Shown here one piece after another: positions 27,863-39,548 of a stretch of DNA of 64,000 nucleotides. Source of the DNA: Ophelia neglecta (lineage: Eukaryota); assembly GCA_965285935.1 (NCBI GenBank), contig OZ260661.1:138508001-138572000 (forward strand). Reading direction: 5' to 3'. The notes below the pieces were generated by a model. That model was given only the letters and a program-made list of their open reading frames with translations, made no database searches and was not told the origin of the DNA. The position numbers and the translations under genes are program-made. Each line of letters opens with the position of its first letter. Within the stretch, counting starts at the first letter, position 1.

Positions 27863-28820
27863 GGATAACTACAGGACGATCCGTGCAGTAGATGATATAC
27901 TAGAGTTTACAGAAGTAAATAATTTGCCATGGATAATGATAGCCCTGGACTAAAATGTTTTAAATACTAAAAACCTAGCCTTGGTAAGCCACATTGGATG
28001 GTTGACAAAGCCAGTATCCCTTTCGAGGGGAATTCGTCAGGGATGCCCTTTATCTCCCCTGTTGTTTATTTTGGCTCTGAAAATTTTAACATTAAAAATT
28101 AATCAGACGCGAAGCATTAATGGAATTCCTTTATAAAAACTACCAATGAAATCACGTTTTACATAAAAATGTTACAGTATGCGGATGATTGTTCGGGTTT
28201 AGTTTCGGATGATAGTGGAATCTTTCACTAACGTTTCTGGCTTGGAACTAAATAGATCGAAGTCAGAGACGATATGGATCGGATGCTGGAAATTTAGAAA
28301 AAAAAGTTTCTTGACTTAAAATGTAACATCTTTCCTGAAAACAAAATTAGAGTCTTAGGTGTTGTTCTCAGTAGTACCGTGCGGCCGCATGAATGTATGG
28401 ACAATTTTGCAGGTAGATTAGAGATATTTAAAAATATAACTCGCAGGTGGATGACTTAATCTGCGGATTACTGAAGGTACACAGTGTAAAATGATTAAAA
28501 CAGAGGTCATGAAACAACTAACAGATTATAAACTGAATTTTTCTTAATACTAGGTAAGGGTATATGGGGACAAAGCGATATCGGCAGAGGTTTTGGCTTT
28601 GGCTAAATTAGTAACAAAAGAAATCAGGTTATTAACATTTCAATCGAAGATACTCCACGCAATATATCCATGTGGTAAATATCTGGTGAAAATTGGTATA
28701 TCCTCTACCTCAGATTGTCCATTTTGTAATGAAGTGGAAACCTTGCAGCATTTATTCTTTCAATGTAGAACAGTTAGAGGAATGTGGCATGTAACTGAAG
28801 ATATAATAATGGTACATTTA
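27863..28820 (+). mobile_element. Degenerate L1/Tx1-type non-LTR retrotransposon ORF2 remnant
   Basis: RT fragments GIRQGCPLSPLLFILAL (~28030), KMLQYADD (~28170) and SGLELNRSKSE (~28240). C-terminal zinc knuckle CPFCNEVETLQHLFFQC (ORF 28593). Several stops and frameshifts. Confidence 0.85.
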
Positions 28821-28915
28821 AACTTCTCGTCGGAGAAAGCGAACTTTACAGAAACATGTCAAGGTTCCATGATCCAAATCAAACAATTAGCTCTTTGTGC
28901 GGGGAGGAACATGAG

Positions 28916-29192
28916 GACTAACAATAGCTTGTGGTGTAACAGTCTTTGGGAGAGACATCTGCCTTCATCCCCGTCTAACTGTACCGGGCGACACATCTTC
29001 CTTCAACTCAGACTAACAGTAGCGTTAGTTGTGATAGCTTTAGGGCGACACATCCACCTTCTTCCCAGACTAACAATAGTGTGTGGTGTGATAGACTTCG
29101 GAAGACCCATCTGCCTTAATCTCAGACTCATATTAACTTTTGGTGTGATAGCCTTCTGGCGACACATCTTTCTTAATTCTAGATTAACAGTC
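28916..29192. repeat. Degenerate 57-bp minisatellite (~4.8 units)
   Basis: Units start ga(c/t)taaca at 28916, 28973 (38-bp partial), 29011, 29068, 29125 and 29182, sharing gtgtgatag...gacacatc..cctt. Confidence 0.8.
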
Positions 29193-30848
29193 ACGTTTTT
29201 TGTAATGCTATCATAATGATACATACTCCTATATATGCATGTATTCCACAATGTTGCGAGTTATGTACTTTTTTATATGCATCTTGCAGCACTATGAAAA
29301 TATGCTGCATATATACAGTATATATACTTTCGTAGTGAATGTGCCAATATAGGTTAGGGTGTTACATCTCATTTAGATTTATATTTACATACATATGAGT
29401 GTCGCATATGAGTGTCGCACCGTTTGGCTGTTGAACCGTAGGGGTGATACCTATTCCAGCCAACATGTATTTGTTATTTTTCATTTCAAGTGTGAAAGCA
29501 CCTCTCTCCAGTGTAGTTCTTGCAGGTATGTCAACTAGTGGCTATAGTTTTTTAGTCTGAATTGACAATTTGTCATGTTAATTGTCAGTTCCTAGATGAA
29601 CATTCACACCTGACATGATAGAATAATGTTGCGTATCCATATCCCTAATTAAATGAAGCTTATTCAGACTAGTAAGATATCGGATAAATGCTGCTCTATA
29701 TGAAAGTTCAGGAATTAATGGGTAAAAGCTGCTGAATGGAGTTTCTATGACAATTTGCTATGCTGCGTCCATGCATGTTGGTGTCTGCCGGGCTGTTTTC
29801 CGTTCCAGTGACCTTCAAAGTCCCAACGAAAAATGGCCACCGATTTTTATTCAAAATTTCAACTTCTATGCTTAGGAGGTTGATTTTGTCTTATCTATCA
29901 ATCTTTCCATGATTAGTGATTCAAATATGATGTTTCCACAATGGCAGCCCTGTTGGTTCCCAAGATGACCGCCATTTTTAGAATGATTGCCAGATTGAGC
30001 CACGTTGGCTTTTATTTTAGCCTAAACGTAATTTGAATGTTTAAACTTTGTTCAGAGTACAACCACTGCCAAAAATAAAAAAATTGTTTTGAATGCATCC
30101 AATTTGCATCACCAAAAGGGCAGGCATTTCTATAATGAAGGTCATTTTAAGCGATATATATTGTCACATACATGTAAGCATGCTGTCCTATGCTGCCTTT
30201 AACAAGCTGGGTACCAAACCGATATGCAGATTTGATGTCTATAAAGTGCCGTAAGAATGAAAATATTTTCCAAAGGTTCCCGTGTGAATGACGAATGAAT
30301 GAAGACATTATAATCAACTATATATCATCAAAACCACATATTTGCTCATAGGGGAGAACGTCAACAACTTTTAGTAAAATCCTTTTATAATATTAAAGGA
30401 CTGAGTTATGAATTATTTCAGATGGCCATCACGTACGTGATAAGCATTCAGTAGATCTTCAGTTTTTATGGGGTTTTTTTTATTGAAATCTCTGAAAAAC
30501 TGTGACTCGTTTGTAATTTGGTTTAAAATATTACGTATTGGCCGAAGATTACATGAAAAGCATCAGACACAGATTGCCGGAGCTTGACTGGTTATAGACT
30601 GATCGAATATATATTGTTTTCTTTCTTTAAATAAAACTGAACCTGTAAAACAATCAGTTGAAAGCCCTTCTTGAATAAAGTAGTTTATTAGGTATTGAAT
30701 GCCCTATCAAGACAACACTGAGATGTCACAAGTGAACTGTTACAATGAACATAAATCGACTGATGACATGAAACATATTAGCCCATGATCACTAGCAGTA
30801 CAGTCAGTTTTCAAGTGTGCCTGCATACAAATTACTTTCACCCAGTTT

Positions 30849-30876
30849 AATATACATATATATATATATATATATA
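30849..30876. repeat. (TA)n microsatellite
   Basis: atatacatatatatatatatatatata. Confidence 0.9.
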
Positions 30877-31438
30877 AATTTGTAAAGTGCACAATGAAAA
30901 TCTCAAAAGCACACAATGGTTACCCGGTATATCTTATGTGAGTGTAAGCCACCCGGGATGTCATTTGCTATTTGTAAATCTATAATCCAACAATGAGTTT
31001 GATCGGATCATTATACATTTGCCCAAAATAAAAGTTATTTAGAATAAAGATAACGTTATTTACCAACTATAAAAGTAACCAATTTGAAATATTGATTATT
31101 TTTTTCTATTGCAACACAACGCCACATGTCCTGCAAGTAAACATTCTACACCTTAATTCCCCCTTTGTGCGTTTTTAATTTGAATAATAATTGTGTTAAA
31201 CATATGTTGGCTTAACTCTTTTAAATTGTTTTTGAAAGCCACTTAAATGATGGTGTTAATAGACATTTATTAATGATTATGTCATCAACGCACATAGCAA
31301 GAAACAGGCTTGTCCACAATAATCCACTTTTATGTTAAACTTTCGCACAATGAAACAATATACTAACGTCACTAGATGATGCTTGCAGGCATGTTCCTCT
31401 TTAATGTTAATAACAGTTTTTAACAATACACGAATAAA

Positions 31439-32170
31439 GGAGGGTCACAGGGGTAATTTCTTTTTATGAAATATGTTTATTTTATTTCATTTTTTTGAAG
31501 CTCTTGGTTGATAGATTGAAAATGTCGAAAGAAAAACATGGGTAGCGGACCTCTTTTTTTCGCTGTGTTCTGTCGAAAATTCCATGAAAATAGGGGTTTG
31601 GCGCAGGTTTTTTAATGGTATTATATGGGAAAATAGGCCCAATAATTTAAAAGTGATCAGAAATTGCTTAAGAAAGATTCAACAAGTCTCATTTTTTTCA
31701 TCTTACTTTGCTGTACACATATTAATCTTTCAAATGATGTATAATTTTCATATGCAATCGGCACTAATTTTTTCTGTATTGAACAAAATTCATTGCCCAA
31801 ATGTTAAAATGTTGAAATTGTGATATTCAGCGACCATTGACCTTGACCTTGACAAGGTTAGGTCATGATAGAATATGATGCATAATAGTTGGATGCCTAT
31901 ATGGGGGTACTTTTTTCAAAGATATGTGCACCATAACTCTATATATATTTCATTTTATGCTTTTTTTTTAATTTTTGCTATTTGTATAGGTTACCATGGT
32001 AACAGGCCTGTTTTATGGTGAGGCACAATCAAATATTTTCAAATTCTTGCAGATTCCCATGAAAGGACTCATGGCGAATATTTGTGTATTGGTTTCAACT
32101 TTCTGCATGATGTTTCAATTTTTCGCCCCAATTTTCCACTATTTTGCCAATGGTAACCCAGTGACCCTAC
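31439..32170. mobile_element. Non-autonomous DNA transposon (Kolobok-like MITE, 732 bp)
   Basis: Imperfect TIRs GGAGGGTCACAGGGGTA / TAACCCAGTGACCCTAC, flanked by TAAA and TTAA. Confidence 0.6.
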
Positions 32171-33847
32171 TTAAAAGTTAAAATATGGTAATTCCCGCTG
32201 GTTTCAAAGAAATAACAAATAACTGCTGCTATAGTGTCTGCTGTGATACATCGACGATAGTAAACTAATGCTCCATAAACATAATTACTGTACAAGTGTT
32301 CACCGTTTTATACTTTACATAATCACGTTCGACAACGTAATAATATATCATTTCACATTTCGCTTAGCATATCTAGACAATAAAAGTAATCGTGTAATCA
32401 TTTGATGAAGATGATCATTATTTGGATGAATAAAGTATTACAATACTAAAGAGTTTCATGGCATTTAGATGACATTGAAATTTTTAAAGTTTACATGGCT
32501 CTAGTTTGGTTAACTAGAAAAACATGCTCTTAATTCTATGAAAAATTCATTAATGGCTCCCTTTTCCAGACCACATGTCAATTTTAAACCACTGATGAAG
32601 GCCGCAATGAACGTTTTCAATGAAAAATAACACATATAAACAGACCAACTTTATAAGGAGACTGGTATTTTAAAGTCCTTTGAGTGGCCTTATTATTTAG
32701 AAATACTGTTAACATTGTCTAATTGTATGCCTTATTTTACTTTAGCAATTTTCCATCGTGATCCTATGATCATATCGCCCATAAAAAATAATGATGAAAA
32801 TAAAAATCTGAGAACCTTAAACAACATGGATGTTAAATAACGCAAAAACAACGTTTATTTTCCCTCGTAAAGAAACAACGTAAAGAAACAACTCCACTTA
32901 GCGTTCTGCACAGGTACCGGTATCACTAGTGACCTAATATATCAATATCCTGCAATGTTTCCTTTGAAAGAGGTGGGGTGCAAGAACAAGGTATCAATGG
33001 TTTCAATATCATTTTTAGCACGGAGGAGGGGCGGGGGGTTTATGTTATAGATTCCAACCCTGTTCCCAGAGAAAGCTAAGAAACAACGAAAATGTCCCTG
33101 AATGCAGAAACAATGCAATGTGTTTCCAATTGAATACGTTAATTCGTTGCTCAACCACCCTTTTTTATCATAAATATATAGAGTGACTGGCTATAATCTG
33201 GTTTCTTTCTTTCTTCTTGCATTCGGACCACAAACAACTTAGATTCATATCTGCATATAGAAAAAAGGAGGCCAATCTTTATTTTTGTTTTGATGGAATT
33301 AAATTATTGGCTAGGGGGTGGTTTCATTCTTGTTGAAATCGAACTGTGAGCAGCTCAGAAATTTTCACAATTAAATCGTGACCTACATATGAACATTAGA
33401 TCAACCAAAAAAATTGATCCAGTGGAGGCCACGTCCTAGGATACATTTTTCACAAATTTAAGTTTTTGAGTTTTTCTTGCGCGCAGACACACGTACGCCG
33501 ACGGATACGATTTGAACATAATCTTTGCTCGGCTGGGCAAAGATAAAAAAAAAACTGTATTTGTTTATTATGCTACTCTTGGCCTCCCCTGGCAATAAAA
33601 CCTCCATTTAGTATCTACGAGAGTATAACTGTAAACAAGACTTGAGTATTAAGATAAGCGTAGCTTTTTCGGGTCACATCTGTATGTAGCTTTAAGGGAC
33701 TTCGCGATCACGCAGGCCATAGACATCATTGGTCAGACATAATAACGTTCTGTTCAACATGCCAGTAACAATCGATACTTTATCCATCGAGACACGGATT
33801 CATTGCTAAGTCAGCGTTGATCCAAAAAGAATTCCAGTTGTCTATTC

Positions 33848-35107
33848 ATGCACCTTGAAATTATCTTCGTAAGCCAATTTGTACAGGATACATGTGAAAA
33901 GTATGACAATAGATTCGATCTACAATATAACATCTCGAGTAGGGTGTGCTATTCGAAGAGCAAACTTGAAACACTTCTATATAAAGGCTATGTAACCGAC
34001 AGGTAAGTTTATAAGGAATAATGGCTACAACACGCTAAAGGTTGATGGTTTTGTGTGATCACCGAAAACAGGATCAGGCGGGTGCTTGGTAGTGCTGACC
34101 CTACCTAGGAGTATGCTTCAACTGCCATGATCACCAATACGCCAGGTCTTGGCATAATTGCAGTTGTATATAATGCCCAAGATCCATAGAGTGCACCATG
34201 GTCACCTCAATGGTAGGCACTTGGTATTTGCTTAGTGTTCGATGCGATAAATGACTTGATCCATTGTAGATATTTACTAGACTATTTCATAAGATCATTT
34301 CATGCAAGCATAAATGTTCTGCAGCGTTGTGTCAAACAGGCACGCCCGAATACAGTTTGAGTCTCCATTAGACACATCTTCAAATTGTGGATTGCTCTGA
34401 AAAGACCTCAGAAAGCTTTGAAACCAATGGTTGTTAGATGTTCCAGAGAGCTTTCCGCTCATTTAGACTGACTCTCACTGCAGGGTCATAAGGCGGGCCC
34501 CTCGCAACGCAAGCGATGTACGCAGTGTATATTATGTAACTTTTGATGAGGCACTGACTCCATGCATGGTAGAAACTTAGTATCCTGTTGCCTTAGATCA
34601 AATTAATGCACAGAGTTGACATAAAATTGAGCCTTATATGTGTATATTATTACCATGCTATATGGATTTCTCAGTCAATGAATAAGCCGATCACTTTGAC
34701 ACTCCAGACACCTCTATTCATTTGCACTTTGTGGTAGGGGCAATATCCACCTTTATTAATAACAAGTCCTAAATGCATTGATATACCTCAAGTTCCTGCC
34801 CGTGCAAACACTAATAACATGGTGGCTTCTATATAACCACATCATCATGTGGTTGATCTAAATATATATTGGCTATAAAGGTTGTATTCATCAATATTTT
34901 GCATTCGTTCTCTTTATGCAAGGATGTCACTTTGCATTGTCCAGTTATCTCAGCTTATCATAAAGTAAGGTAACTTGTATTGTGACTTTAATTTTATTTA
35001 TATATTTGTTCAAGCGGTGCGTTATTGCTCGTTCAAATAAATCATGAGTTTGCTTTGCCAGCCTTGAATACCTTTTTCAAAAGTCAAGGGTCTACCAATG
35101 TCATTAT
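33848..35107 (+). CDS. Candidate first coding exons of copy B (33848-34002 and 35062-35107)
   Basis: ATG at 33848 after an in-frame stop, open to a strong CAG|GTAAGT donor (phase 2). A 46-nt exon (tttgctttgccag acceptor, GTATGT donor) converts to phase 0, matching exon 36029. No homology support. Confidence 0.3.
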
Positions 35108-36028
35108 GTATGTGTATGTGTCTATACGCTTTGTAAATAATGCCGATGACATAAATGTGTACAAATCTTGTAAAAAAAAGTACATAATAAGACAGTGATG
35201 AATGTTATAAATTATTGAACCTGAACTTGAATAAGTTACCAATAAGTTACTTGAATGAGGTACGTGTAAGCAATGAAAGTCACACATAGTATCGCAAGAA
35301 GACAAGTAAATGAATCTACTATGCGTTGTTCAAAATGGATGTTAGCCTATTGCAAATTATATCGTATTAGCATATATATATATCGATATAGAGGCAGACC
35401 ATATTACTAAAACAAAATATCTGTTTGTCACACGGTAGATCATTTGATTTGATTCCAGCCTTGCACTTTAAAAGGGAACCAAAGTGATTCGAAATAATAA
35501 GAAGACAGGGCAAATGGCTGACGGTCGATCTCTTAAACAACCCGACAATGTAAGTTAAATAATATACAGTTAACACTATATTTGTGAGGGACGTAGCATA
35601 ACCTACCCAGGCAGGGGGTCTAAAGGATGTTTTGGAGAAAAGATGTTCAAGCATATTTAAGAGTAAAACGTTTATAGCCGTCTTCTGCCAAATAAAATTT
35701 GTTTGAGCAAAAGTATCCGTAAACATCTCTCTTTTGTCTACTAAAAAAACGGCGACAAACTTTTTTATAATAATTTTGCTTATCTACGATTAAAAGGACT
35801 TTTTCCATTCTCCAAACATGCGCTACTATGACAGAACTACAGAATTATATTGACGTATTGAATTTGTCAGTTGTTATTTCGTTGGGTTTTGTTTTGAATA
35901 GTTCCATAAAACATACTCACTGCTGTTTTCATATTTATCCTACATGCAAAAAATAGTCGCTTACTCAAGATTTGGTGACAATAATAATTATATTTAGAAA
36001 TATAATAGTTAACTTATTTCGTGTGCAG

Positions 36029-38467
36029 GCTGTCTCATTGGACCCAGTGGCGGAAGTTTCCCGAGTCAATAAAAGGCAATCAAGAAAAGAGACAAATGAA
36101 GGATCAAATGTGAATAGTGGTATGTACTTAGATATGAACTTAACTTTTAATATTGTATCAATCTCCTCTTCACCTTGTGTTATTGCACTCCCCCTTTACC
36201 GAGAAAAACACAAAAATAAGTACATTTATATGGCTTCCTCCTTTATCTTCACCGCTTTGAAACGAAATCACATCATCAGAATATCTGAATTATGTCGGCA
36301 TTTTATATATTTGCAGTAAAGGCTGTATTAATTAGAGCAGAGAAAAATAACACAGGGGCATAATACTTTCTATTAGTTTGGAAAAAAAATTGTCAGTGAC
36401 GCTGAAACTACCTACTGTAAATTTTATTATTCATTCATCACTGGCCTTGACATTCATTTCAATTTTGTATCGCTCCATCAATTGTTCATAAAATCATTGG
36501 ATAGGTAGACATGTGCATAGCTGTCTAAGGTGGAGTTATATTGTTTACAAATTTTGGGTTGATTATTTAAGAAAAAATCTAACAAGTGTCAGTTCAACGT
36601 GCAGCAGCTCTGCTTTATGTTTATTAAATTCGTATATGTGTCAAATTGGAATTAAATGCTGTCACTGACCTAAGTGTAGCCAGGGTGGAGCCATATAAAA
36701 CACGATGTTCCAAATCCAACCATTTATATAACTGCATAAATGATAACACATATTATTAAAAATTGTGCAACGCTGAAGCATATGGTTCATGACAAGGCAA
36801 TAACCACCTAACCATCTAGCTTTGCCAAATGAATGCATAGTTATCTGTTATGGGCAAGAACAAAACTTGCCTCTATTTGACCCCACCCCATATATATGTT
36901 CCAATATAGTGGTTCTGAGGGAAGCCCTTTTGTATTCCCTATCTCATTTCCTTCACATTTATTCGATTGTAGTACGAGCTAGAATACGACAAATAGAAGA
37001 AAATTCTGGTAGTGCTGCTGGAAGTACGTCAGCAAGCGGATCTAGTAATCCTGGCCCTGCCAGAAGAAAAGTAGGAAGACTTCCTACTTGCATATTTAGG
37101 GCGCATATGCCTCAGACAACGGAAGACAACAAAAATGTACCTATTGCTTCTGCAACGCAGGTAAAGCACTCTGATAAGATTTAAATGCCAATTTAACATT
37201 TAATGCACACATTTCCATCAACACAAAAAAATGCAAGATTCCTATAATTAAAATTTACGGCAGCCGATTCAAACTTGTGTGATGCTTGGTGATCCCGTGG
37301 TTTGCAAATAGTTTGTATTTTTTAACGGGGAAAGGGGGTATGAGAGGGTGTCTAACCATTTGGTCATATGTTATTTATCGTAAAGATATATCTCATAAAA
37401 ATTTATTTTAACGCATATCGAAGAGAATATGTATAAACAGATGATTTTGTTTTCAATTTATATATAAGCACTTTGATAAGATTTAAAGGTTCATATTACT
37501 ATAAAAACATACATTAATGCAAACAACTGCGTCCCAACATTCCTAGATTAAAAATATACGCAAGGCGATTCAAACTTGTGTGATAACTGATGACCCAGTG
37601 GTTTACACATACTTTGCATTTTTAAGGGGGGCAGGGTGTATAAAAGGGTGTCCAATCATTTGGTCATTTGATATGTATCAAAATGATATATCTCTTAAAA
37701 CTGATTTTAACATACATCGAAGAGAATATGTATAAACAGTTTGTTTTTTCTGTTTTCAATTAATTCTTAATACATTGCATAACACGTCATATTTTAATTG
37801 AAGGTCAAAGAACCAGTCACAAAAACTACAGCATTCACTACTCAGAATATAGAATCCAGTGGAAGTGGTGATTTAAAGATCTCGTACACAGAAGACAAAG
37901 CCGTAATTACCTCACAGAAAGCAGATGGTATGTCTAACAATCGACTAATAGTACAACGAACGATTAAACCTCTCTAGCATTGTACACCAAAGGATCTCAC
38001 CAAGCAATGTGTTATCAACAGCCTGAACGTAACTTGTTCACTTGTCCGAAAAGTGTATTCAATCTGGTCCTTAAACCAGTGGATGGTTCACATGCCCGGA
38101 TAGCATTTGTTTTTATTTCTTTCATGGTCCACAATTACAAATTAACTGGTTTAGCTATCTATAATATGCAGATGCGGACGGAAGGGAAAATGACGAGGTC
38201 ATTGCTGTATTAAACACCCCTCCAGACACTGTGGACCCTGATGTCACAAAGGATGACCCAAAAGAAGTTTCTATGGGTATTAATGTGGAGCGTATAAAGA
38301 AAACGATTTTCTCTTTTGGCTTCAAATACTACAATGCTTTTATATATCATATTGTTAACGCATTATTACATATTCTAAAGCTGCAGTAAACAGTCAACCA
38401 GAATACTCTTTGGAGTCCTTTGATAGTGTGGGGTTCAGACCGGTCGAAATACTTGACAGTGTGAAAG
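36029..38467 (+). CDS. Copy B N-terminal low-complexity exons (5 exons)
   Basis: GT-AG exons with compatible phases, open into the RRM array (AVSLDPVAEVSRVNKR...; VRARIRQIEENSGSAAGSTSASGSS...; VKEPVTKTT...SGSGDLKISYTEDKAVIT...). No recognisable homology, so support is splice and phase consistency only. Confidence 0.6.
37164..37762. repeat. Old intronic tandem duplication, 2 x ~300 bp
   Basis: aagcact(c/t)tgataagatttaaa...cgattcaaacttgtgtgat...atcgaagagaatatgtataaacag occurs twice, at 37164 and 37466. Confidence 0.85.
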
Positions 38468-39548
38468 GTAGGTATACATGTGTAATATATAGATGGGTAG
38501 GTAAAGTGTTCTTTGATGCTCAACTGATGTTCGAATGATTTCTAGTCTCGCTTCATTTTTTGTAACTTATGGAAGATATTACATAAATACCGAGAAATGT
38601 TTTCAAGATGATACATTAATTATCAAAATGGAATGAATGCTATGGCTGCTTGTATTCTTGTTGGAAGGTGCAATTAATTATTTTTTATTTACAAAAAAAG
38701 TGCATTAATTAGAACATAACTATTGTGGCTTGGCCAATCCCGAGCAAGCATTTACCATGTTATATTTTGTTAAAAGGCATGATGAAAGATACTATAAAGC
38801 ATTGTACCATCAATAAGCCGTTGCTACTGAGGACTGTATGCCCTCGGATATTCCAGCAGTACCTACATAATAATATATATCTGCTGAGTGCCAATTAACA
38901 GTCTTTAAAATAGTAGTTTGAAAGGTTAAAGATTAAATTTTCCATAAAGACAGTAAAAGGGTGCGAATGGACTTTAAAAATGACTCAAAACAGTCCCAAA
39001 TTTTTAAAATCTCTTCTTGCCTATAATCAAGCTAGTATTTGGTCTTGCAAATATTACTATGACCATATATGGATATCACTGCCTGCATGGAGATTCCAAT
39101 CTGAAGGATGTTCCAGCCAAGTCAATCTGTACCCTTGGTTGAAAGCCGCCCTTGCATGTTAGCGAGTAGGCCCAGCCATTACAAGAGGATTCAACTTTTT
39201 CCAATGATGGCAGGTGGCCAGTCCACAAAGGGGGACAGCCATGCTGACATAATTTAGATCAATTATAATATGCAGCAGATTTTACTAATGTTTCCCAGCT
39301 TTATGAAATGTTTAAAGTGCTCAGGTTTCCCGTTGCACTTTATACAATTTCTTCATGGGTCTATCAAGTCATAGAACCTCAATTATTTGTTGTTTACTGA
39401 ATATACCATTGTTCGGTTTTATACATCATAATACTATTTCACTTACTATTCATCAGTAGGGACCCTCGAGGTGGAATTATATAGCATGATATATTTTGCA
39501 TGCATACTAGTGTATGAACATACTATTTTAAACCATTCTTAATTGCAG

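Noticed and set aside
28916-29192. Regularly spaced repeats that could suggest a CRISPR array
   Set aside because: Whole 57-bp units are degenerate copies with no unique spacers, there are no cas genes, and the context is eukaryotic.
32860-33220. GAAA-rich motifs as possible IRF/ISRE sites upstream of copy B
   Set aside because: No clean GAAANNGAAA match was seen, the TSS is unknown, and such motifs are expected by chance in AT-rich DNA.
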